64,000 bases of DNA from Eledone cirrhosa (lineage: Eukaryota), in NCBI GenBank assembly GCA_964016885.1, contig OZ024740.1, positions 247,070,001 through 247,134,000 on the forward strand, written 5' to 3'. The notes under the pieces are model-generated. The model was not told where the DNA came from, made no database searches, and saw only the letters and a list, made by a program, of their open reading frames with translations. The translations under genes were made by a program, and so were the position numbers. Positions 38,118 to 52,329 of this stretch are shown here, one piece after another (position 1 is the first letter of the stretch; each line of letters starts with the position of its first letter).

Positions 38118-38550
38118 ATATAAAGATTTACATATACATAAAGTCATAGATATATATGTTGCAACCGGTCATGTTGTGGCTCAATGAAGAATTAATAAAT
38201 TAAATAATCAGAGCAATATATCATAAATCATGTCTAAAAATATGGACGAAACCATGGTAGAGATATATTTACGGTATGTACACGTTTCTTCTAAGATTAA
38301 TTTTTGCACCTAATTGTGTATGGTTGACGGTATATTTAGTCAGGTTCTACATGTTGTTGAAATGTTGGATACATACTCTATTGGGGCCACCGCGAAGAGG
38401 CCGCTTTCGGTTATTTGTCGGAAATTTCTTCATAGGAACCTTTATTCTTATAGCCTGGTCTAATTGATTTTTTATATGGTTAATTATGCTAATTGGGAGA
38501 GGAAATGGTATATATTTTATCTAATAATTCTAGGACATGATTTATGATAT
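38118..38550 (+). repeat. Second, 5'-truncated and inverted copy of the 27497-28308 pseudo-LTR family
   Basis: 38118-38235 is the reverse complement of about 28193-28308. 38231-38550 matches 27889-28210. Confidence 0.8.
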
Positions 38551-38642
38551 ATATATATATATATATATAATACTACAAAGGCACCATATCAGGTACGTAT
38601 GTTTCATTAGCCAAGATGACCAACTTGATCAACCAGTGCCAA

Positions 38643-38684
38643 CATACATACATACATACATACATACATACATACATACATACA

Positions 38685-38713
<29 letters not shown>
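38643..38713. repeat. (CATA)n microsatellite
   Basis: Directly visible. Confidence 0.95.
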
Positions 38714-38715
<2 letters not shown>

Positions 38716-39004
38716 TTCAATGTGTGTGTGTGTATGACATATACTCTCGCGGTCCTACGTTTGATGATTTTTTAATATAAATGAAGAAAATAGAAACAAT
38801 TGACCAGTGATTTAACTCTATATTAATGCTTAAAATAAAGGAATTTCGAATCCGTTATACTTTCCCATAATAAAGGTATAGTTTATATTGGCGAGAATCA
38901 ATCTTTTATCGTAAATATTATTAACTAAGCTAACCGGTCTTTAGATGTTAATGAAGAGATCGAATATGCACAGACAAACAGAAATGTGTAACTGACATTA
39001 GGGA

Positions 39005-39125
39005 GAAACCTGGTTGCCTGGTTAAGAAGTTCGCTTCACAATCATATGATTTCAGAATCGAGCCCACTGCGTAGTATCTAGGGCAAGTCATTTCTACTAT
39101 GCCATTCAGTTGACCAATAAGAAGT
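39005..39125 (+). mobile_element. Degraded tRNA-derived CORE-like SINE
   Basis: TGGTTAAGAAGTTCGCTTC..CCCACTGCGT..GGGCAAGTCATTTCTACTAT resembles a CORE-SINE head and core. Confidence 0.5.
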
Positions 39126-39871
39126 TGTTGGTATTGGTGTTGTTGATATTTTGTCTCGGGACAATGGATAAACAGATACTTTTTGAGTTCTACATTTAAG
39201 CCCCAAGTAAAGAGGCCGTACGGGTATTTAGACAATATACTACAGGTCGCAAGGCAGGATTTAAAATAAAAACAGCTAGAAAATGTTACGAAAAACTGAT
39301 GTGAGAGCCGCTGTAACGCGCTGTAGTTGAGAAGTCCGCACTCTGTTCGTCAGTGGCATTCAGGCCATTTGTATTAGAAACAAGTCACTCCTGGAGTTAG
39401 GTGAGATATCGTGAGAGAATATCTCAAAATATTGTAAGATACCCTATATATCCAATTTCGAGGTCAATAAAAAATGTACTAGTCTACTACTAGGGTCGAT
39501 TTTTCCTCTAAATCGCTTTCTCCTCCTCCCCTCTCTCTCTCTTTCTTTCATTTCTGGAAGAAACCGGTTGTGTTCAGACTTTGAGAGGAGATGAGCTCTG
39601 CCAGGTTTAAAATGCCCGGCAGGCAATATTTTACGACGGCGCGCCCCTACTACTCCACCAGTTTGTTTACTAAATGGTTGTGTTCGTTAGTTTGAACCAT
39701 TCTTGCACAAACATTTGCACACAGCACCACTTCACAAGCAGATCAAGCGAACGTTCTGAAATCACATGATATCCTCTGACGCCACGTGTTTGTTCTTCAG
39801 CGCTAACTTTTCTTTCTTACCCCTCTTACGCACCTTCCTCACTTAGGTTTTCTTGATCTTTTCCTCCAATA

Positions 39872-40061
39872 TAATTGTTCCTACTTTTGGTACAAGACCA
39901 GCAATTATCCAGTGCATTACTGGTACTTTATTTTATCGACCCCGTAAGGATGAAAGGCAAAGTTAACCTCGGCGGGATTTGAACTCAGATCATAAAGGGC
40001 CATAACTCTATGTTGCAAAGCATGGCGTCCGACCCTCCACCGATACTGCCAATCCACCTTC
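39872..40061 (-). mobile_element. SINE family A with 10 bp TSD
   Basis: CCTCCAATAT on both sides. Confidence 0.9.
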
Positions 40062-40379
40062 CCTCCAATATGCCTCTTCTTTCTATTCTTTTTTCTCACT
40101 CAGTTTCTCTCTCCCTCTCACTTTCTCTTTCTCTCACTCTCTTTTCCCCTCTTTCTCTCTCATTCTCTTTAGATATCTATATCTATTGTTTTTATTTCGT
40201 TTCACTATTATTTATACCCTCTATGTCTCTCACCCTCCCATCCCCCTCATTCTTCCTTTCTTTCACTCTTTTATTCTCTTTATCTCTTCTTTTCGCTTGC
40301 ACACCAACCTACTAACAGCATGAAAGTAACTCTCTCTCAATTTCTCACTCACATATTTATTTCACATTATATATTTATT

Positions 40380-40499
<120 letters not shown>

Positions 40500-40863
40500 T
40501 TAGTTTAGTCATTTTCTTTTTTACTTTCATTCATTTTCAAAGTCACCTTCTCATTAACTTTTCCTCTTAAGTTTTGTCTATGAAACATTAATTACCACCC
40601 CTCTCTCCCTTGTCCTCATTCTCCCGAACAATCATCCTGTCTTCAACTCCCCATAGTAAATCTTTTCTCTTCTATCTCTCTTTCTCTCTCACTTTAGCTC
40701 ACCAATGTCTATTATTGCCTACCCGTCTTTCTTTTGTCTCAATATATAGTAACATGTGACCATATAAAGGACGACCAAACAGAGTGACAGAAGGAGGGAT
40801 AGACAAACACAGATCGACTCAGAAAGAGAAAGATGGACAGGTAGCTATATACGGGGTAGAGAG

Positions 40864-40929
<66 letters not shown>

Positions 40930-41804
40930 TAGGAGTAAAGAAGTATAGGAAGGAGAGATAAATATAGACTAAGAGATAAACAGATAGAAAGACCAAGTCG
41001 ACGGGACAGAGAGGGATGGACAGATTGATGGCAAGCTGGTTGGATAGATAGATGAATAGATTGATAGATAAACTGGCTAATATGGATAGATAGAGTGAAT
41101 TACACACAAACAGACGGGCAACCTCATCTGACCGATAGACGACACCGATCATCAGAAATGAGCTGCTGACTTTTTGACCAAATAACCTACAGACAAATCG
41201 GCAATTACTGCTAAGCCAGATGTTGCCTTCATTGAGACATCTGTAACAATTATAGCCTCTAAGCTCCCAAAAGTAAAACAAAACAAAGCAAAGAAAAACA
41301 TAAATAATTACACATATCCCTACTGTTTTGTATCCAAATCCCTCAATCGCCTTCAGTTATAAAGAAAATACAATAAGGATCGTTTCAAAATAAATGAGCA
41401 GATAAAAGATTAAAGGGTTGTAATATACACATCAATCAATCACTGATTTATATGAAGAGAGTAACATCCCAAATGGAGAAGTTTCAACTCTAGTTGTCCC
41501 AAAGGGAGGTAATCAGTCGCAGAGTGAATAACACTGATTGATTTACTATTGACAGCTCCCTGTTATCTAATTAAAACTTTCAGATCGGCGTACAAACAGA
41601 AATACCAACGTGCATCCATCCGTCCATCCATACATACATACATTCTGCGACCATGGTTGGGCATTGCCTTTATTTAGTTTATAATATCAACACCAGTACT
41701 TACATTTTCAAGTCGTCTGGTACTTTATCGATCTCTTTATTTGTCGAACCGCTAAGTTATAGGACATAAACACAAACAAGGACATAAAGGCGCACACACA
41801 CAAG

Positions 41805-41856
<52 letters not shown>

Positions 41857-42143
41857 AAGAGAGAGAAAATATATATGAGGAAAAAAGCCAATTTATATAT
41901 ATATATTTATCGAGATGGATATATATTTATCAAACGTAACCGTATTAAGTAAGAAAGTGTCTGAGGAGATCATGTCATTGATTAGGCGGAATCGCGTGGC
42001 CACTGTCGTCATTGTAATATATCACAACGTTATCAAGGACTTTAATCAATAAAGGACTGGTTATATATATATATAACAGGCTCTGTAACCCACATAGGGC
42101 ACTCTTTTTTCCTAGACCTTTCCGACGGAATTACTTCATTCAC

Positions 42144-42224
<81 letters not shown>

Positions 42225-42299
42225 TGATGGTAGCTAAGATGCTTCCATAGGTGGTATGCCGGTTGAGCACTCTATGCTCTTACAGAGCAGAGTATGATA

Positions 42300-42558
42300 T
42301 AATAGAAAACGAAATATCAGTGATGCTTCTGAACTCAACTTATTGTGTTACAATTGTTTCGCCGGCGGACAGCTCGAGACGGGATCATTGTGTGGATCTG
42401 TCTGATTCTGGATCCGCAGGTTCGACGGACACGTCTAATGATTTCGGAGCATATTCTCTCACTGGGGTATCTGACCCTCTGGGCGAGTACTGTCAAAAAC
42501 TTCATCCGTTTCGCGCGTCCTGTGATTGGCCGCTGGTTATCGACGTCACCATAATTCT
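42300..42558 (+). repeat. Unclassified ~260 bp interspersed repeat, copy 1
   Basis: Reverse-complement copy at 45262-45523. Confidence 0.8.
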
Positions 42559-42654
42559 GATCACAGGTAGCAGTCCGCTGACCATCAGGGCGTTAGCTGT
42601 CCAACGTCTGCTACACTTCAATAAATTACTGCTGTGTTTGGTTGTTCACACATC

Positions 42655-42754
<100 letters not shown>

Positions 42755-42938
42755 TAATTGTTTCTACTTTAGGCACAAGGCCAGCAATTACCCAGTGCAT
42801 TACTGGTACTTTATTTTATCGACCCTGTAAGGATGAAAGGCAAAGTCAACCTCAACGGGATTTGAACTCAGATCGTAAAGGGACGTAACTATGCTGGAAA
42901 GCATGGCGTCCGACCCTCTACCGATACTGCCAATTCAC
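42755..42938 (-). mobile_element. SINE family A
   Basis: Reverse complement of the core. Confidence 0.88.
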
Positions 42939-43100
42939 AGAGATAATGACAGTCATACGCATAGTCGCTCGCTATATACACACATTTAAGGAGAACATAT
43001 AAATATACGCATACATTCATCCAGAGAGGCACGTACACACACAGACACATACCCACATGCCTATATACATCAACATACACACACACATACACACACAAGT

Positions 43101-43157
<57 letters not shown>

Positions 43158-43413
43158 GACATACACACACACATACGTACATACGCGCACATATATATGT
43201 ACATATCTATACATACTCATGCATATATATACACATATACATATATACATATACACATACATATATACACACACACCCCTACCTGCTCCCTCACACACAC
43301 GTATATGCATATGCCCCGCGCCCATTTATACATACACACGCACATAAACCAATGAATATACACGCACACATATATATATAAATATATACGCACACATACA
43401 CACACACACACAT

Positions 43414-44450
43414 ATCATCATCATCAGGTCGAGCTTGCTCGGCTTTCTACGACACGTTTCCTCCATCCATCTCTGTCTCTCATAGCGTTTGCCAGTTCTT
43501 CCGCAGTGCATCCAGTATCGTCCTCAAGTTGCTTGACGTATGTCTTCTTGGGACGACCAGCGTTTCTTGCTTCATGAGATGGACTCCATAACAACACATC
43601 ACCTGCTATTTCTTCCTTGCTGCGCCAACAGTGGCCAGCAAATCTGAGTCTCTGTCCACGTATTGACCTGCGGATAGGTGCTATATTGCCATAGAGATCC
43701 TTATTTGTTGAGTGTTCCCTCCAAGACACGTTTAAAGTAGCGCGGAGCATACGTGTGTATGCCCCGTCTAGCTTTTTCTCCAGTTTCGACGTTAGTGTCC
43801 AAGTGATAGAGCCATAAACAAGCACAGATTCCACAGAAGCTCTGAAGAAATTCCTTTTCAGTTTGGCCGGCAGGTTTGATTTCCATATCTTTTCCATTGC
43901 ATTCAATGCTCCCCAGGCTTTTCCCAGTCTGATGTTAACATCATGTTCTGTGGAGGCGATATAGTTACCCAGGTATTTGAATTCGTCAACTTGCTTGATT
44001 ATATCGCCGTTTAGACTTCGCATACCAACTGAGGAGTCTTGGTTCAGGCAAATATATTCTGTTTTGCCTGCGTTGACATAGAGTCCGATTTCCTTTGCAA
44101 CTGATTCGATGCTGTGAAATAATGATGTTGCATCCTTAAGGTAGTCAGCAAGGACCGCTAAACCATCCGCATTGTCAGCATTGATGATTCTCTGAGCTGC
44201 ATGGCGTCTACACTTTCGCTTTGTGAGAGTGAAACCAAGCTCTAAGTTTTCGTCCAGGGCTTTTCTCAATACATAGTCGAGGCAGATGATAAAAATATAT
44301 GGAGTACTCCTGCAATGATGTCAAAGAAGTTGGTATCTCCATCAGGTGAGCGCACCATTGCGCGGGTGTTTTTATATAACATCATGATGGCATTTACTGT
44401 TTCCTTTGGCAAGCCGGAGGCTAGAAGTATCTCTCTCATCCTCCCACGAT
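43414..44450 (-). mobile_element. 5'-truncated RTE-clade LINE with (GAT)n tail
   Basis: ORF 43424-44269 has NADGL (YADD site), [36 protein letters not shown] and RDGW. The stop is followed by TGATGATGAT. Confidence 0.88.
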
Positions 44451-45261
44451 GGATATATATATATACACCCATACATATATACCCACCCATGCATACACAC
44501 AGATGCAGTTATACGTGTGTGCATACATACGCACAGAGTTAGTTATGCATATATATGCGCACACGTACATGCACTCACACATACATATACATATATATGG
44601 ATATAGTGTATATCCACACATACATACACACACATACACACATACATATATATATATATACACACACACACATATATATACATATGCACACACACATATC
44701 TATACACACCTACATATCTATACACATACGCACGTACGCCCACGTACATATCTATATGCAAACGCGTATATATACTCGTACACACAAACATACAGACATA
44801 TACATAGACCCCCCCTCCACCCACACATATATACACAAACAAGCCCTTTCCCTACACGGGTGCTTGTACACACACACACTGGCGCATACACACTCTTACA
44901 AATATGTGTATATTCATATACACACCCACGCACGCATAAAAAAATATATATAAAAAGAATATACACACAAAGTCATATAAAGATACACAATGGGCCATAC
45001 ATGAAATAGTGCATCTTGTTATCTGTGCTTACAGAGATGTAGCTTCACTGCGGACATGGGTTAATCCACGTATGGAATCCTCACGCAAAGCCACACAATG
45101 TGAGTTTATGGTTTTACAGTAAGTTATGCGCAGACCGTACATAGAAAATGCCTGCAGAATATATATGAAAAAATACACATTAAAAAAATATATATAAAAA
45201 ATATATATAAAAAATATATACAAAAACTAAATATAAAAGAAAATACATATAAAGCCATATT

Positions 45262-45523
45262 TAGAATTATGGTGACGTCGATAACCAGCGGCCAATCACA
45301 GGACGCCCGAAGAGCATGAAGTTTTTGACAGTACTCGCCCAGAGGGTTAGATACCCCAGTGAGAGAATATGCTCCGAAATCATTAGACGTCTCCGTCGAA
45401 CCTGAGGGTTCAGAATCAGACAGATCCACACAATGATCGCGTCTTGAGCTGTCCGCCGGGGAAACAATTGTAACACACAATAAATTGAGTTCTGATGCAT
45501 CACTGATTTTTCATTTTCTATTC
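45262..45523 (-). repeat. Unclassified ~260 bp interspersed repeat, copy 2
   Basis: Matches 42300-42558; the two ORF-track translations are near-identical. Confidence 0.8.
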
Positions 45524-45748
45524 TATATATATATATATGTGTGTGTGTATGTGAGTGTGTATATATATATAAGAAAATATGAAGTAGTTTCAGATGTTAA
45601 AGTCCTTTATTGATACTTTTTATTTGATATATACATCAAATAAAAAGTAAGCAAACCGATCGAAAATGTTTTTTAGCCAAATCAACCCCATACAAAGGAT
45701 TTAAGGGTCGTAGTGATCTATGTTTATCTGAAGCATATTTCATAACAT

Positions 45749-45865
45749 TGAGTTCAAATCCCGCCGAGGTTAACTTCGCCTTTCATCCTTACGGGGTCGA
45801 TAAAATAAAGTACCAGTAATGTACTGGGTTATTGCTGGCCTTGTGCCAAAAGTAGAAACAATTAT
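45749..45865 (+). mobile_element. SINE family A, 5'-truncated
   Basis: Starts at the B-box. Confidence 0.85.
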
Positions 45866-45998
45866 CTAACCCCTGCCCAATTAATGACCGCAATGAGATT
45901 GGGATCAACGGTTGTCATATTCCTTTGCTAAAACGAATTTTGATCCTACTTAGATTCTATTAGTTTAATTCTTCATCCCCCTATATATTTTTATTATT

Positions 45999-46116
45999 AG
46001 GTTAACTTTGCCTTTCATCCTTACGGGGTCGATAAAATAAAGTACCAGTAATACACTGGGTAATTGCTGGCCTTGTGCCAAAAGTAGAAACAATTATTAA
46101 GTAGAAACAATTATTA
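45999..46116 (+). mobile_element. SINE family A, 5'-truncated, with duplicated 3' end
   Basis: AAGTAGAAACAATTATTA occurs twice in tandem. Confidence 0.83.
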
Positions 46117-47066
46117 TCATATATATATATTTTCTTTTCTTATAGGTCGTCCACCTATGCATCTCATCCCCACTTCTTAACTAGTTATTTGTTCCTAACC
46201 TATCTCATCTAAACCTTACCTATTCCTGATTTTACCTTATCCTCCCCCATCCCACAGTAATACTTTTTTTTTAGGTCCACTTTTTATATATCCCTTTAAA
46301 AATAGAACCTGGTCTTTTAATTTCACAGTCCTATCTTTAGTTAATGACTGTTTTTTCTTTTAACTTTTAATACAACCATATATTATATATTAATATCCGC
46401 TTATACCTTCAAACTTATATATTCCATGTTTAATTTGATTCTCTTTAATTATTTCCAAATGTCTTTAATGCACTCTAACTAATTCCCACCAATATTAATT
46501 ATTTGCTTTAGAATTAATTTTTACCGTTTCAACCGTCATATAGCCATCTAGTAATAATTAGATATATTTTTTATTCCCTATCATAAGTTCAATTATTTCT
46601 AATCTATATTTTGTCCTTAACATCTTCTTAGTTTATCATAAATTGTTTTAAAAAGAATACTAATTTAAATTTTGCTACACCTTACCACTTATTTATCTCC
46701 CTTGATCACTGATTATCTTCCTTTGAAAATCACTTGTATAATCATTTTTGAATCATAACATGATGGACGCTCCAACAGTTTCTAACTTGAGGTCTTTTAC
46801 TTTCCAACTACCACCTCTACTGTGGGTTCTTCAGTTCGGTGATACGATTTGATTTCTGAGTTAATATGTTATAATCCTTTCTTTGGGATATGATGAGATC
46901 ACTAAACCACCCATGTATTTTCACTGTACGGATATCGATTTTTGAACGGTATTCAAACTCTCAAGGTGCATAATAATGGTGTAGTGTTTGAAACAAATTG
47001 TCAGCCATTAAAAATATATGTATTCATAAATCTTTGTTGTTCTCTCCAGCATTATATATATATATA

Positions 47067-47452
47067 TATCACCCTTCATCAGTACAGCTCACTGTTCACC
47101 TGCCAAACTGTCAGAGCTAGTGAAAATATATGCTATTTTCAAAAATACGCAGTGACTGATCGGCCTGATTTGCATATTAGCAGAATGGCAAATCAGGCCG
47201 ATCAGTACTGTCTATTTTTGAAAATAGCATATATTTTCACTAGCTCTGACAGTTTGGCAGGTGAACAGTGAGCTGTACTGATGAAGGGTGATACCCAGAA
47301 ACATTAGTGTCTGCAGTTATGTTCACATGCCAACACAAGAGCAAGAATGAAGAGTTCATTCTACTGACATAGCTATAAAATTGAGGCTTGTTTGCATAAT
47401 TGCAAACGAATCCAATGTTATTATTAATATTCGAAAAACTCAGATTACATTT
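47067..47452 (+). repeat. Pseudo-LTR unit (family of 31424-31920) with a fold-back 5' inversion
   Basis: 47067-47173 is the reverse complement of 47188-47293. Confidence 0.82.
47271..47318 (+). ncRNA. Minimal type I hammerhead ribozyme motif
   Basis: AGCTGTA-CTGATGA-AGGGTGATACCCA-GAAA-CATTAGTG-TC-TGCAGTT. Confidence 0.82.
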
Positions 47453-47751
47453 TTTATATATTTTGATATATATATTATCCTTATCAAGCCTCTTCGGATT
47501 TTAGTCTTCATATTTATTATTATTACTATGGTAGATATCTTGTCTTTAAAGCGTTGAAATATCCGAGACCCCAGTAGACAATTCCTTCCCTCCCTCCTCC
47601 GTTTTCTCAATAACTTACCTAGTTATTGAACGCTCTGGGTAGATATATTGTCTTTAAAGTGTTGAAATATCCGAGACCCCAGTAGAAAACTGATGAGGAA
47701 AACTCCCTACCCCTGTTCTTACTTTCTTTTATTCTTATTCCTATTTTTAAG

Positions 47752-47826
<75 letters not shown>

Positions 47827-48184
47827 CCTTTGGGGATTGATTTAAGATATATACTTCATACAAACAGATACACACATGCACACACACAAACACATACACA
47901 GATTGAAAAAAAGAAGGCAGACTATTTAAATATTACCAGTTTTTATATTTACCCTAACATATTTTCCAGCTATCAACTTCGTCTGTGTTGAAGAATTGAT
48001 GCGAAATTTGGTAAAGTCGAACGTTCTTGGATTCTAACCAAATTGTTGAACATTTTTTATACGGCTGAACATTGCTTTTTTATGAAATAGTTTTGAAACA
48101 TAGGGAAAGCCTGGGTTCTCACTACTATGCCTACCTTTTGCACAAGATCACACATTTTGGTGGAAATGTATACCAAATAGCTTG

Positions 48185-48242
48185 GTAGGTAGGTAGGTAG
48201 GTAGGTAGGTAGGTAGATAGGTAGGTAGATAGATGGATGGAT

Positions 48243-48317
<75 letters not shown>
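48185..48317. repeat. (GGTA)n(GA)n microsatellite
   Basis: Directly visible. Confidence 0.95.
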
Positions 48318-48319
<2 letters not shown>

Positions 48320-49584
48320 CAGTGCTAATCATAATACCTTTTTCTATGTAGTTTATGTTTCAAAAGATTGGAAACATATAATCTCAATTAATATTTGACA
48401 TATATTCCTCTTTAAATATTTTGTTTACTAACATAATTTTATGTGCATACATTGTCATTGTTTTGTAAAATACAACACTTTTTTCACGTAGTACATCTGC
48501 AATTAATATGTATTACAAATGGTAAATCTTTTTATTTTTATTTATTTATTTTTTATAACTAACAGCGACTGTGAAATGATTACAAAAGCGAGTTAGGTTC
48601 AGAAGGGGGCCATTAGCTAAAAGAAACGGTGGGGTGGTGGGGTGGGGGTGGAGTAACAACCACCAGAGTAAGGGAGATTCAGCCGTGAGATTATTAGTAT
48701 AAAAGGTATTGCCTTATTGTCATGTGTGTTTTAGTTCTCTTCGTGTCCTTCAGTACCTGTCAGATCTATGATTCCAGTAGTAAAGGTTTCTTTGTCAAGC
48801 ATAGTGGGCCAATGTATTCATCGCTGTTTCGAAACAGTAGGGTTCAATTTTGATTAGACAGAGCCAAGATCAAAGGCATTCCAGCTGTGACCATCATATC
48901 TGTTTTAAAACTATGAATACATTATTCTTTTTAAATGGTAGGTGTTATTTGAGATTTCGGTGCTATTTCTAATGACCATGTAGGAGAGACAGCACGCCTA
49001 TGACGGTTGGAGTGTGTTGGCCTGTCATTTTCTGCCAATCAGTCATGTGGCCATTTTAAGTGGGTGGCAGCAATTTAGGATATGTGTACATATACGGTTA
49101 TCATTGGATAATGTAGTCATATATATCCTCGAGATATTCATAGCCGGAATGCCTTTGCTCGTACATTTATGCAATCAAAGTTGACCTGATGCTAATCAAC
49201 ATCAGCAATCAGTTCTAATCTTTATTGCACCATAATTACAGGATCCAAGGAGGTTTCGGGGTGAGGGAGAGGATAACGAATTAAATGAAATGTAGTATCC
49301 CCCGTGAATGTCACAGAATATATGTAAAATCAAACTCTCGTTGCCGTCTGTTCAATCATTTTGGTCAGGGAAGGCATTGGGGCTTCACTCAAAAATGATT
49401 CAGCAGTCAGCGTGACAGTTGGTATAGGTAGCTGTCACAACTATCACCACCATTAACAAGAGAAAGCCAACGACAACAACAATGACGACAAAAACAATTA
49501 CAACAACTTATATATATATACATATGTACATATCTGTGTGAATATATGTATGTGTGTGTGTGTGGTGTGTGTGTATGTGTGTAA

Positions 49585-51990
49585 CTCTGGCCCTGACCGA
49601 GGCGGCCTGTCGACAGCAGCTTTTGTCAAGGCCAATGTTTCGTCCTTTGGGCAAGCGCCCATCCCAAGCGTGCCGAAGGACGCCATACCCCCTGCCCTCG
49701 AGTGTCTTTAATCCTTCACCCCTGAGGCAAGCGACAAGCGTTTACGTGACCGCGTAAACGCTAAACTAATCATGGGTGATCTCTCGGCCGTAGAGTGGTT
49801 GCCTCAGAGGACACTGTCTTCCAGCCCACCGAAGAGGTCCTGGCTGCCCTGCGACTAAGCACCCTGAGCCACCCGTTGATCTCAGACCCAAACCGCCACC
49901 CGATCCCCATTGCTCTTTATGGCTTCCGACGCAGACATCATGTCTGTCTATCAAGTCCTTCCTAGCTAGCAGCAGTGTAGGTACTGATGGTCTCCGACCT
50001 GGCCACCTCAAGGAGTTGCTATCCCCCCTCTCCGCTGAGGCTGGGCACCGCCTTCTGAGTGCAATTGCGGCAATCACCAATAGGCTTATCCATGGCGCCC
50101 TGGATCCTCACGCCCGAGGCCTCTTTTTTTCGGCTAGCCTGACCACTCTCAGGAAGATAGAGGGTGGCATACGCCCTATCGCTGTGGGCAATGTCTCCGG
50201 GGGCTGGCTGCTAAGGTGGTCTGCAGGTCCATAACACCTGAACTGGGTGAGGAGTTCAGTCTGATGCAACTGGGTGTCGGCGTGTCCGGTGGCTGTGAAG
50301 GGACCGCACATGCAACCAGGAAGCTTTTCAACAGCTTCCCACCGGAACCGGCATCCAGGGACTGCAGGCACCTCATTGTCAAGCTCGACACGAGGAATTA
50401 CTTTAACAGCATGCGCCGGGACCATCTACTCGATGCCTGTTTCAGCCGAGCCCCCTCTGCCTACCCGCTGGCCTACCTATCCTATGGAGCCCCGAGCATG
50501 CTCCTTGCTGCTGATATCTTCGGCCACTGGGGTACAACAGGGTGACCCTTTGAGCGCCCTCCTATTTGCCCTTAGTATAGACCACATTGCTCGGGGTATC
50601 ACGACCCCTACCAACGTTTGGTACCTGGATGATGCTAAGTTAGGCGGGCCTGTAGAGACTGTCTGGCATGACCTACAATCGGTGGTTCCTGCCCTGGCGG
50701 GAATCAGCCTCCAGGTCAACTCGTCCAAGTCGGAGGTGGTTAATGTCAGCCACGATGCTGAGAGCTTTGCAGCCTCCTTCTCGGATGTGCGATCCATTCT
50801 ACACCAGGTACAGGTGACCCCCAAAGTTGATGTCCCCATCCTCGGGTCACCGATCCCCACCGGGCATCCATTCCACCATCAGGTCCAGGCTCCAGCAATT
50901 TAAGACCCTCACGAGTAGACTGGGCTTGATTGACGGCCACCCAGCACTCTTCCTGTTTAGGAACTGCTTCGCCATGCCGAAGCTCCTCTATACCCTTCCA
51001 GTGCTCCGTGCTACAGCCACGCATCTCACCTCGCTGACCTCGACACCTGTATCCGAGCGGCAGCCGAGGAGATATGCAACGTCAGGTTTGACGTTGGTCA
51101 AACAGGCCACTTTACCTTTCAGATATGGTGGCCTTGGTCTCCGGTCCCCGATTTCGTTGACTTTGCCGGCGTTTCTTTCGTCGATAACCTCATGTCGCGT
51201 CCTCGTCATCAGGGTTCTCCAAAATACAATGGAACCCTCTGTGCTCGGGGACGTGAGGCCGCGTGTGAGACGCGGGACTGGCTGGGACTTAGCCCAGTAG
51301 ACGCCCCTCCTCCTTCTCCCCCTGCTGACGGCAAGTTCCCCGAAAGTATTTGGGATGCCATCCGGTGCAGCCTAGCCTCAGACAGGCTCCCGTCATGCTG
51401 CCCTTAAAGAGGTCATCAAGCAGGGCTTGGACGCTTCAGGCTTCCCCTCACAGCTCGAACCGGTGGGGCTCGACCGGGGGGGGGGCGACAAATGGTCAGA
51501 CGGCATCTTCCCGTTCTGTCCGCGGTGGCAAACCCCTCCTCTGGGATACCACTTGCAGCGACACTTTCTCCAGCTGCAACCTGGTGCAGTCTGCGACTAA
51601 CCCAGGTTCTACTGAATGTCGGGCTGAGGAGGCCAAACTTTCCAAGTACCGGTCGCTCTCCGACAGGTTTCGGTCATGCTCTTGACAGTGGAGACTTCTG
51701 GTGTCCTTGGCCCTAGGGCTATCTCCCTACTCACCACCATAGGTGCTGAGCTGGCCAGCCGCAGGTGTGAACCTCGCGAGTTGGAATGGTTCTTCCAGCG
51801 CATCTCCCTTACCATCCTCCGGGGAAATGCCTTCTCCATTCTGTCCACCGGGGCTGTGGGGAGGCAGCACGTGGGACCCCATTTTCCCACCATACGGAGG
51901 GCGAGATATGGAGACGATGACAGTGGGAGTTCGGTTCTTCTACGTTCGGACCATATCCTTGTGGTTGCGTTCATTTAATGCTATTAAATC
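49585..51990 (+). mobile_element. CRE-like non-LTR retrotransposon, degenerate copy 2 (5'-truncated)
   Basis: GTDGLRPGHL, LRKIEGGIRPIAVGNV, QQGDPL, WYLDD, FRYGGLGL, WDTT and VETSG. Highly similar to 32830-34780. Confidence 0.87.
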
Positions 51991-52329
51991 TCTTTTATCA
52001 AAGAAAAGTTAGACATTCACATTATGCTAACTTTACTATCAATAACGTTACAAATTGTTGAGTAAAGTGTCAATGACATTCCCTGTTGGCTTAGCTTACT
52101 GTACTATGAGCACAGGAAAGCTATGGAAAGTGGAGCCTATTTACAGTTACCAGTCATTCTAAGCTCACAATCCCTTTTCTATGTGGACAATAAATAGCTG
52201 ACATCGGCAACAACTCAGAAAATATCAATAAAACGATGAGGACAACTAAATACTATCACCCTCGTACAACTACAACACATGAGATTTACTTAATCCTTTA
52301 ATATATCTATACATATATATCTTAAATCT

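Noticed and set aside
41955-42005. CTGAGGA..TGATTAGGC-GGAA-TCGCG as a hammerhead
   Set aside because: GAAA and the cleavage site are both non-canonical; too degenerate to call.
47530-47715. 50 bp duplication followed by CTGATGAGGAAAACTCC
   Set aside because: Possibly half a hammerhead, but there is no GAAA or stem III after stem II.
48628-48652. G-quadruplex-like GGTGGGG run
   Set aside because: Isolated low-complexity run with no supporting context.
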